Shown here: positions 10,614 to 18,794 of the stretch, piece by piece | Position numbering within the stretch: the stretch's first letter is position 1 | Layout: every line of letters begins with the position of its first letter | Assembly: GCA_965205405.1 (NCBI GenBank) | Contig: OZ242169.1 | Coordinates: 2,480,091-2,544,090, forward strand | Source: Gammaproteobacteria bacterium | GTDB lineage: Bacteria > Pseudomonadota > Gammaproteobacteria > Eutrophobiales > Eutrophobiaceae | DNA length: 64,000 nucleotides | Reading direction: 5' to 3' | Notes under the pieces: generated by a model | Database searches by the model: none | Told to the model about the DNA's origin: nothing | What the model saw: only the letters and a program-made list of their open reading frames with translations | Program-made: the position numbers and the translations under genes

Positions 10614-11693
10614 CTAAAATGAATTTTCTTTCACATAATCATCAAGGTTCTGCAGATATTTATGTCTATCCTCTTCCGAAATCCAGGCTGATTCAAATGC
10701 ATTACTAATAAGCTGGACGACTTCATCTATTGAATAGTCACCGTGTCGCTGTACTTCCGATAGCGTATTATTTAGATAGCGACTGGCGAACTCCGACGGA
10801 TCGTCTGTGTTCACTGAAACCAGTAGGTTCAAATCAAGCATCTCACGAATACCCTCAACTCGACGAGGTCCTGGATCTGAGGGCCTCCAGGTTGGGCACA
10901 TAGTCAGTGGTATCCGGTTATCCTGGACCGCTGAAATTAATTTCTGATCATCCAGTACTTGCAACCCGTGATCAATTCGTTCTACTTTCAGGATGTCTAG
11001 ACATTGGCGAATGTGATTTATGGAATTAGGTTGATCACAATCACAATGTGATGTCAAATGATAGCCTTCCTCTCGCGCTCGCTTGAATACTTTTTCAAAC
11101 TTTAGTGGGAAGTCGTGTACTTCATAGTTATCCAGACCGACAGCGTTTATTTCAGGCTTAAAGGGTTTAGCAATATCCAGTATTTCCATACTTGATTCTG
11201 CACTATGATCACGCTGAAAATTCATTATCCAATTGGATTCTATTCCGAAATCTCGCTTACCGTCTTGCCTTCCACGATTGAGACCAGTAAAAAAATTCCT
11301 AAATTCAACGCCACGACTGGTATGTGCTTGCGTATCAAACATCATTTCTACGTAAACAATATTTTCTTTTCGGCATTTTTCAAGAAAAGCATAGGTGAGT
11401 TCATAGAAATCTTGTTCTTTCTGCAATACACGTATGCAATTTTCGTGATATTTTAAGAAATTATCTAATGGCGGCTCCCCATAATCTTGAGCTGCCCATA
11501 CTTCTTTTTCATTCTGAAAAGGAATATCAATTTTATTACGTTCTGCAAACTCCAGTAGCATAGAGGGTTCTACACATCCTTCAATATGAACATGTAATTC
11601 CGCCTTTGGCATACTCGCAATAAATTCAGCAAAGTTTTTTATCATGTTTATCTTTTCCAATACCACTTCATTTCCGTGACAGATTGTGAGCAC
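10614..11693 (-). CDS. Adenosine/adenine-deaminase-family metal-dependent aminohydrolase (true start possibly the internal Met at 11645)
   Basis: HVHIEG metal-binding motif near the N-terminus (KAELHVHIEGCVEP) and an SVNTDDP motif near the C-terminus, as in adenosine deaminases. It overlaps the pta stop codon. Confidence 0.7.
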   Translation of the reverse strand: MLTICHGNEVVLEKINMIKNFAEFIASMPKAELHVHIEGCVEPSMLLEFAERNKIDIPFQNEKEVWAAQDYGEPPLDNFLKYHENCIRVLQKEQDFYELTYAFLEKCRKENIVYVEMMFDTQAHTSRGVEFRNFFTGLNRGRQDGKRDFGIESNWIMNFQRDHSAESSMEILDIAKPFKPEINAVGLDNYEVHDFPLKFEKVFKRAREEGYHLTSHCDCDQPNSINHIRQCLDILKVERIDHGLQVLDDQKLISAVQDNRIPLTMCPTWRPSDPGPRRVEGIREMLDLNLLVSVNTDDPSEFASRYLNNTLSEVQRHGDYSIDEVVQLISNAFESAWISEEDRHKYLQNLDDYVKENSF

Positions 11694-12646
11694 TAAGCCA
11701 GAAAGGCCGTGATAACAGCTATATCAAGAATGTCTTTAGCCGTACACCCTCTGGACAAGCCCATCCAGGGTTTCGCCAAGCCCTGTAATAATGGTCCGAG
11801 GGCCGTTGCACCGCCGATCCTTTCTGTTATTTTATATGCGATATTGCCGGAAGATAGATCTGGGAAAATAAATACATTTGCCTTACCTGCAACCGCCGAT
11901 TCTTCCAATTTCAACTTCGCAACTTCTGGATCAAATGCAGCGTCAAACTGAAGTTCGCCATCAATATGTAAGGCAGGTCGTCGTTGCCTGGCTATATCCA
12001 GGGCTTTTCTCACTTTAACCACATGAGCATGTTCAGTACTGCCCTTAGTAGAAAAAGACAATAAGGCAACTCGTGCCTCTTCCCCCGTAAGCACTAAATG
12101 GTTTTCGGCACTATCAATGGCAATGCAAGCCAACTGCTCGGCATCGGGATTTGGTACTACCCCGCAATCTGCGTAGGTCATAACACGATCCTTTAGTTCC
12201 ATTAGAAACATACTGGAAAGTAAATTTTTCCCGTCCGCCAGGCCTATTCCTCGAAGACCAGCCCGGACCACGTCGGCTGTAGTAGCAACCGAACCGGCAA
12301 CGCCTCCATCTGCATAACCAATATTTACCAATACGGCGGCAAGTAATAATGGATTACTGTTCAATTCAAGTGCCGCTTGCTCGACTTTAATACCTTTCGT
12401 GGCTTGTAGTTGAGAATACACATCTATACAACGTACATACCAATCATCTCTATCAGTGCGATGCTCAAATACTTCAATATCATGCATTTTCACTCGCCCT
12501 TGCCTGATAAATAATGCAGTACCGTAATTACCCCTATTGAACTCCAGGGCTGCATGCATGACGCGAGGATCTTCCGATTCTGGAAAAATAATACGCTTAG
12601 GTGCTTGCCTGGCTATTTTCCGGATAAACTCAAGTACCTGTGCCAT
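11693..12646 (-). CDS. pta: Phosphate acetyltransferase (short PTA_PTB-type)
   Basis: 317 aa. PTA/PTB family pattern (RIIFPESEDPRVMHAALE ... GYADGGVAGSVATTADVVRAGL). Confidence 0.75.
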   Translation of the reverse strand: MAQVLEFIRKIARQAPKRIIFPESEDPRVMHAALEFNRGNYGTALFIRQGRVKMHDIEVFEHRTDRDDWYVRCIDVYSQLQATKGIKVEQAALELNSNPLLLAAVLVNIGYADGGVAGSVATTADVVRAGLRGIGLADGKNLLSSMFLMELKDRVMTYADCGVVPNPDAEQLACIAIDSAENHLVLTGEEARVALLSFSTKGSTEHAHVVKVRKALDIARQRRPALHIDGELQFDAAFDPEVAKLKLEESAVAGKANVFIFPDLSSGNIAYKITERIGGATALGPLLQGLAKPWMGLSRGCTAKDILDIAVITAFLA

Positions 12647-12692
12647 ACATACCCTAGCCCCGTACTAAATGTTGGCCCATACGTTCTCGTTG

Positions 12693-14123
12693 TCAAGAAT
12701 AACTATCCAATACCTCTCGGAATATTTCACGCATGTCATTGATTTCCGATTTCTCAATAACAAAGGGTGGCGCTACTAATGCCGCATCTCCCGTCGTTTT
12801 GACATGCACGCCAGCATCAAACAGTCTCTTTTGAAAGTTGTGACCACGCCTTCCAGGAGTACCATCAACTGCAACATCGAATGCGGCCAACATGCCATAT
12901 CCTCGAATATCCGTCACCATCGGATGGTCTTGTAGAGAGAAAATTGCATCCAGAAAATAATCAGATAAATCTTTGGCTCTCTGAAAAAGATTTTCCTTTT
13001 CAAAAATATCCAGCGTTGCAAGCCCGGCAGCACAGGCTGCAGGATGACCTGAATACGTATATCCATGAAACATCTCAACAACATTTTCAGAGCAACTATT
13101 GATAACAGTATCATAGATATTGTCATGTACTGCCACACCAGACATTGGCTGGGCAGCATTGGTCATTGCTTTTGCCATGGTAATAATATCGGGAGTGACA
13201 CCAAATTCTTGTGATGCAAATGCAGAGCCGGTTCGACCGAAACCGGTAATTACCTCATCGAAAACTAATATAATATCGTGTTCGTCACAGATTTCACGTA
13301 AGCGCTGCAAATATCCTTCTGGTGGAACGATCACACCCGTCGAACCAGCAATCGGCTCAACGAAACAAGCAGAGATTCGATTCGCACCATACAATTGAAC
13401 AGCGCGTAACAGATCATTAGCCAACTCTTCTCCACCTTCCTTGGGTTGACCCTTAATGAACTTCTGATCAGGTGATAATGTGCTTCGCATATGTGTCACG
13501 TTTGGTAATACGCCAGTGAAGGCCTCCCTGTTTTTGGCAATACCGCTCAGCGCTGTACCACCTATATTGACACCGTGATAAGCACGTTCGCGCGAAACAA
13601 ATATATTTCTCTGTGCCTCTCCTCTGGCAAAGTTATACGCCATGACAATTTTCATTGCTGTATCAACAGCTTCTGATCCAGAATTTCCATAGAAAATATG
13701 GTTAAGTGGATTCGGAGTTAATGCAGCAATACGCTTGGCCAACTCAAATGACTTTGGCTGTCCCCGTAAAAAGGGTGCCGTAAAATCCAACTGCCGGAGT
13801 TGTTCATGTACTGCAGCCGTAATTTCAGGACGGCAATGGCCACATGCGACGGCAAACAAACCTGAAGATCCATCAATCAGCCTTTCACCTTTATTGTTCC
13901 AAAGATATATTCCCTCAGCCCCGGTAATTATCCTGGGATCCTGCTTGAAGGATTTGTTATCAGTAAAGGGCATCCAGTGATTTTCCAGATCGGTACTGGA
14001 TATATCGATTGGTTGTACCTGGCCATTATTTTCTGGCATATTGAGCAGGATGTCTGCGACTGTATTAACCATTTTCTTCACCTGTATAAGCTGTTCAAAA
14101 TAATCAATAATGCTATTTGCCAT
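12693..14123 (-). CDS. Class-III (omega) aminotransferase, candidate taurine-pyruvate aminotransferase (Tpa-like)
   Basis: About 476 aa from MANSIIDYF. Class-III fold pattern (HWMPF..., GHCRPEITAAV, PLP-Lys region DEVITGFGRTG). Sits between pta and the Xsc-like gene. Confidence 0.75.
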   Translation of the reverse strand: MANSIIDYFEQLIQVKKMVNTVADILLNMPENNGQVQPIDISSTDLENHWMPFTDNKSFKQDPRIITGAEGIYLWNNKGERLIDGSSGLFAVACGHCRPEITAAVHEQLRQLDFTAPFLRGQPKSFELAKRIAALTPNPLNHIFYGNSGSEAVDTAMKIVMAYNFARGEAQRNIFVSRERAYHGVNIGGTALSGIAKNREAFTGVLPNVTHMRSTLSPDQKFIKGQPKEGGEELANDLLRAVQLYGANRISACFVEPIAGSTGVIVPPEGYLQRLREICDEHDIILVFDEVITGFGRTGSAFASQEFGVTPDIITMAKAMTNAAQPMSGVAVHDNIYDTVINSCSENVVEMFHGYTYSGHPAACAAGLATLDIFEKENLFQRAKDLSDYFLDAIFSLQDHPMVTDIRGYGMLAAFDVAVDGTPGRRGHNFQKRLFDAGVHVKTTGDAALVAPPFVIEKSEINDMREIFREVLDSYS

Positions 14124-14165
14124 CAGTATGTTACGTATGTATTTGACACTCACATAGAGCCAGAA

Positions 14166-14316
14166 ATGAGTAAGCGATCGCACCAGCTGATGTGGGAGCA
14201 GTATCTCGAGAAATACGATAGTACTTACTTATCAATGGTTTGTTGATGAAGGTTATCTGGTTAGTAGAGAGAGACAAGGCTACTTTGTTAGACCGACAAT
14301 ATTAAAGACTCGCCCG
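14166..14316 (+). pseudogene. Decayed fragment of a second MocR/TauR-like regulator gene, divergent from the aminotransferase
   Basis: DNA similarity to the intact gene at 9004. The segment 14152-14225 matches 8990-9063, including the shared upstream AGAGCCAGAAATGAG and MS.R.HQLMW. The segment 14238-14316 matches about 9205-9290 (VDEGYLISRERQGYFV region). The intervening ~150 bp is deleted and the frame is broken. Confidence 0.5.
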
Positions 14317-14524
14317 CTACTATATACCGGAATTCCTTAATTACTGGCTCTGAATACACTTCGAAACTGGCTCTATTTTCAAGTGCAATCCTTCTCTAAA
14401 GTTACCGACTTGTTAATATGAATATGCAAATGATTCGATTGGAATGAATAGTGCCCAGAATACACAGTTAGCGTTCTCGCTTGTATTCTGAACACATTCC
14501 CCTACCTTTCAGGAGTTAAAGATT

Positions 14525-16279
14525 ATGACACGAATGACGCCCAGTGAAGCGTTTGTAGAAACCATGGTTGCCAATGGGGTAACCAAAATTTTTGGAATCA
14601 TGGGATCGGCCTTTATGGATGCTATGGATATCTTTGAGCCTGCCGGGATTGATTTTGTGCCCGTTGTACATGAACAAGGGGCTGCCCACATGGCTGATGG
14701 CTATTCCCGTGTCAGTGGCAAACATGGCGTGTGTATCGGCCAGAACGGACCCGGGATAAGTAACTGTGTCACGGCCATCGCAGCCGCCTATTGGGCTCAT
14801 TCACCGGTGGTTATAATCACCCCTGAAACCGGTACCATGGGGATTGGCCTGGGAGGGTTCCAGGAAGCCAACCAGTTACCCATGTTTCAAGAGTTCACCA
14901 AGTACCAGGGACATGTCTGCAATCCTAATCGTATGGCGGAAATTACCGGCCGATGCTTTGAGCGAGCCCTGTCGGAGTTGGGCCCTACTCAGTTGAACAT
15001 ACCACGTGATTATTTCTACGGTGATATCGATGTGGAAATCCCCCAACCCCGGACTCTGGATAGGGGACCAGGGGGTGAAAAAAGTCTGAATGACGCTGCA
15101 GAATTACTGGCAAAAGCGAAATTCCCCGTCATCATTTCCGGCGGTGGCGTGGTTATGGCTGATGCTGTTCAAGAGTGTAAAGCCCTGGCTGAGCGCCTGG
15201 GTGCACCGGTGGTAAATAGCTATTTACATAACGACTCCTTCCCCGCCGGTCATCCGCTTTGGTGTGGCCCCCTGGGTTATCAGGGCTCCAAAGCCGGTAT
15301 GAAACTCATCAGTAGAGCCGACGTGGTATTGGCGCTTGGTACACGGCTTGGTCCATTTGGTACTCTGGCCCAGTATGGGATGGATTATTGGCCAGAGGAC
15401 GCCAGGATCATCCAGGTCGATGCCGATCATAAAATGCTCGGCCTGGTAAAAGAAATTTCAGTGGGGATCTGTGGTGACGCAAAAGCCGCAGTAATCGCCA
15501 TACACTCTCGTCTGAATGATGGCTCTCTGGCTTGTGATGCGAATAAGGAACAACGTGCAACTGAGATAAGTCAGGAGAAACAGGCGTGGGAAAAAGAACT
15601 TGATGAATGGATTCATGAGAAGGACGACTTCAGCCTCAAAATGATTGAAGAAGCCGTAGGTAAATTGCTCCATCCTCGCCAGGTATTACGAGAACTGGAA
15701 ACAGCCATGCCTGCAGATGTTATGGTATCGACCGATATCGGTAACATTTGTTCTGTATCCAATAGCTATTTACGATTTGAACGGCCACGCAGTATGTTTG
15801 CAGCCATGAGTTTCGGTAACTGCGGTTATGCATTTCCGACCATTATTGGTGCTAAATTGGCTGCCATGGATCGTCCGGCTGTCTCATATGTAGGCGATGG
15901 TGCCTGGGGTATGAGTATGGGCGAAACTATGACCTGCGTACGTGAAGGTATTCCTGTTACGTCGGTCGTCTTCCACAATAAACAATGGGGGGCGGAGAAG
16001 AAAAACCAGGTGGATTTTTACGGCCGCCGTTTTGTGGCCGGCGAACTGGACAATCAGAGTTTTGCTGAAATTGGACGGGCCATGGGTGCGGAAGGTGTCG
16101 TTGTTGACAAGTTGGAAGATGTCGGTCCTGCCTTCACCAATGCAATCAATTTACAGATGAATGATGGTATAACAACAGTACTTGAAATCATGTGTACCCG
16201 CGAACTGGGTGACCCCTTCCGCCGTGATGCATTGTCAACACCGGTACGTTATCTTGAAAAATACAAAGATTATGTTTAG
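14525..16279 (+). CDS. xsc: ThDP-dependent enzyme of the acetolactate-synthase superfamily; best fit is sulfoacetaldehyde acetyltransferase (Xsc)
   Basis: 584 aa. The N-terminus (MTRMTPSEAFVETMVANGVTKIFGIMGSAFMDAMD ... IGQNGPGISN ... GGFQE ... NIPRD) matches my recollection of Xsc. Pta and a class-III aminotransferase are adjacent, as in known xsc-pta/tpa loci. Confidence 0.65.
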   Translation: MTRMTPSEAFVETMVANGVTKIFGIMGSAFMDAMDIFEPAGIDFVPVVHEQGAAHMADGYSRVSGKHGVCIGQNGPGISNCVTAIAAAYWAHSPVVIITPETGTMGIGLGGFQEANQLPMFQEFTKYQGHVCNPNRMAEITGRCFERALSELGPTQLNIPRDYFYGDIDVEIPQPRTLDRGPGGEKSLNDAAELLAKAKFPVIISGGGVVMADAVQECKALAERLGAPVVNSYLHNDSFPAGHPLWCGPLGYQGSKAGMKLISRADVVLALGTRLGPFGTLAQYGMDYWPEDARIIQVDADHKMLGLVKEISVGICGDAKAAVIAIHSRLNDGSLACDANKEQRATEISQEKQAWEKELDEWIHEKDDFSLKMIEEAVGKLLHPRQVLRELETAMPADVMVSTDIGNICSVSNSYLRFERPRSMFAAMSFGNCGYAFPTIIGAKLAAMDRPAVSYVGDGAWGMSMGETMTCVREGIPVTSVVFHNKQWGAEKKNQVDFYGRRFVAGELDNQSFAEIGRAMGAEGVVVDKLEDVGPAFTNAINLQMNDGITTVLEIMCTRELGDPFRRDALSTPVRYLEKYKDYV

Positions 16280-17307
16280 GCTCCCAGGCCCAATTTACCC
16301 AGTGCCTTTTTATAAGCCACACTACAAACATCCGCATGGGTGTGCCGCTCATTTCTTATATTCAGAAGATATTCCTTTGGGTGAAGCTTCTCAATAATGG
16401 CTTTATCTTCTTTATTGACTTGCAACATGTAATCAATGTCGGCACGCGGGTCGTTATGCTGTGTGACGGCAATCTGAAAAAGCGTACATGAATAAGCAGA
16501 ATTGGGGGTTGCAACGTCATGCACTGAATATCTAACGCTACCATCCTGCTCCTCATCAATCAGTAATGAGCAAAAAGGTAATGTCAGTTCGGATATTAGA
16601 GTGAAATCTCTGGCAACTCCATGTACTGCTGAATGGGTTGTTTTAACACGCCTGAGCACATGGGCCACCGTTTGGTCGACTTCAAACTCCGGGACAGAGG
16701 AGGCTTCCGGATTTCCAAACGATTCTCTATGGACAATTGAAAGATGTGCAGGATCGTTAAAATTCTCCACATGTCTCGCAGCTGATGCTTCCCAGACCTC
16801 TGAATTAATACTCACTTTGGTATCCGGGTGATTCATAATTCCTTCGTTTTCAAGAATCGGCCATTCTGGTAGAGGCAAAATTGGATCAGGCTTCAGGCAA
16901 ACCCAGAGTAAACCGAAACGCTCCTCACTCCGGTATGTGATAAGGTTGAAACTACTGGCGATAGGCGCCGTCTGATCTTGCCGTGCAGGAATTTTGCTAC
17001 AGGTCCCATCTGCTTCAAATTCCAGCCCATGATAAGGGCAGACAATTTTGTTTTCTTCCACACATCCCATGCTGAGCGGCGCCCCTCGATGGGGACAAAT
17101 ATCCCGAGCCACGGTAATTCCTTTTCTGGTACGATAAATTACCAGTGGGATATCCATTAATATAAAGCGAACCGGTTTGTCTTTAATATCATCAATTAAG
17201 GCCACAGGATGACACATTGCTGCCAGAATTAGCCAGTCACTTCTTGTAAACTCAGTTTGATCGGGAAAGTCCGAATCATCTTTAACAAAATTTTTCGGTA
17301 GAAACAT
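16276..17307 (-). CDS. Rieske [2Fe-2S] non-heme-iron oxygenase alpha subunit, short VanA/TsaM-like type (paralog 1)
   Basis: 343 aa. Rieske motif CPHRGAPLS...CPYHG. No beta subunit or reductase gene adjacent. Confidence 0.75.
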   Translation of the reverse strand: MFLPKNFVKDDSDFPDQTEFTRSDWLILAAMCHPVALIDDIKDKPVRFILMDIPLVIYRTRKGITVARDICPHRGAPLSMGCVEENKIVCPYHGLEFEADGTCSKIPARQDQTAPIASSFNLITYRSEERFGLLWVCLKPDPILPLPEWPILENEGIMNHPDTKVSINSEVWEASAARHVENFNDPAHLSIVHRESFGNPEASSVPEFEVDQTVAHVLRRVKTTHSAVHGVARDFTLISELTLPFCSLLIDEEQDGSVRYSVHDVATPNSAYSCTLFQIAVTQHNDPRADIDYMLQVNKEDKAIIEKLHPKEYLLNIRNERHTHADVCSVAYKKALGKLGLGA

Positions 17308-17337
17308 AACTTAATTCCTTAAATTCTATAAGCAAAT

Positions 17338-18663
17338 CTACGAATGCCTGATTTCTACTATCATATTCGCAAAAGGTTTTAGTCCTGAATAAAAAATTAC
17401 GATGGCAATGGGTATAAATATCGCACCAAACAAGGACAAAGAGTAATGAACCTGAAGTGTGTTTTGAAACACAGTATCAGTAAAAAAAGCTACCAGGAAT
17501 GGGCCCACACCCGCCCCGATCAGTACCAAAATAAAAAGATAAATCGCCAGTATCTGCCCACGAAATTCATTGGGTGTAATCTGAGTGATACATGCCATAC
17601 CAACACCAATATTGGCTCCCAAAAAAAACATTGTCGGACCCAGTAAACACAATACAGTTATAGAATTTGGTGCCAGTGGGGTCACAATAAAAATCAGTAA
17701 TCCAAGACAAGCATAGACGGACACCCTTAGATATGCATCAGCAAAACCTCTTTTTATAAGCCAATCTGCCCATATACCGCCACACATTGTGCCGCCGCCA
17801 CCAAAGAATAAAACAACCAGACCAAATGCTATTCCTACCTCTCCAGGTGTCCAGGAAAAAATACGAATAAATAGTGTCGGGGTCCAGGCTAATAGACCAT
17901 ATCCCAACATCGCGGTAGTCGAATAACCAAAAATGATGGTTAAGTAAACTCGCAGGTGTGATGCCATAAAACGAAAGGTTTCTCTCAATGGTAATAATAT
18001 TGGAGCACCTTCTCCTTTATTTAGCCTATCGTGTCGCAAAGGTTCTTTGACAGACAGCATTACCAGGGCGGCAACCAATACGCCGGGCAAACCAACGATT
18101 ATTAAAGTCGTTTGCCAGGGTTGCAGTACACCTACAAGAGGTAATTCCAGCGCCGTGCTTTTGGCAACGGCCTGTACAACAAGACCACCCAGGATAAAAG
18201 ATAGTCCCCCTCCGACGTATGGACCCATCGCCAGAAGGCTGATAGGTTTACTGCGTTTATCCCGTGGAAAATAGTCAGACACCATTGAATACCCACAAGG
18301 TGACAAGCAAGCCTCACCTACCCCCACGCCAATACGGGCCAGGAAAAACATCCAGAAATTTTTTGCAAGACCGCAACAGGCCGTCATCAGACTCCAGGCC
18401 GTAATACCTATTGCAATAATGGTGCGGCGATTTTTGGAATCAGCCAGGCGTCCAATCGGAATTCCCATAAACGCATAGAAAATAGCAAAGGCAAAGCCGT
18501 GTAAAATACTTATTTGTGTATCCGTAATACTGAGGTCTGCTTTTATGGGTTCTATGAGTAAACTAATAATCTGCCGGTCAATAAACGAGACAACATTGGC
18601 AACCATTAAGACAGCGGCAACATACCAGGCGTATATCGGATTTGGGTAGTTATCGTTCGCCAT
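17338..18663 (-). CDS. MFS transporter
   Basis: About 441 aa from the internal Met (MANDNYPN...), 12 predicted TM segments, MFS-type G-rich loop motifs. Confidence 0.75.
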   Translation of the reverse strand: MANDNYPNPIYAWYVAAVLMVANVVSFIDRQIISLLIEPIKADLSITDTQISILHGFAFAIFYAFMGIPIGRLADSKNRRTIIAIGITAWSLMTACCGLAKNFWMFFLARIGVGVGEACLSPCGYSMVSDYFPRDKRSKPISLLAMGPYVGGGLSFILGGLVVQAVAKSTALELPLVGVLQPWQTTLIIVGLPGVLVAALVMLSVKEPLRHDRLNKGEGAPILLPLRETFRFMASHLRVYLTIIFGYSTTAMLGYGLLAWTPTLFIRIFSWTPGEVGIAFGLVVLFFGGGGTMCGGIWADWLIKRGFADAYLRVSVYACLGLLIFIVTPLAPNSITVLCLLGPTMFFLGANIGVGMACITQITPNEFRGQILAIYLFILVLIGAGVGPFLVAFFTDTVFQNTLQVHYSLSLFGAIFIPIAIVIFYSGLKPFANMIVEIRHS

Positions 18664-18794
18664 ATTTGAGACAGTTGCCAATTCGTTCACAATAAACTGC
18701 GGAAAAAATAATAATGTTAGACCTGGATAAAACGCATAATAGAAAAAAAGGGTGGACAATCCACCCTATTTATCACTTAGTCGAATGCATACAA

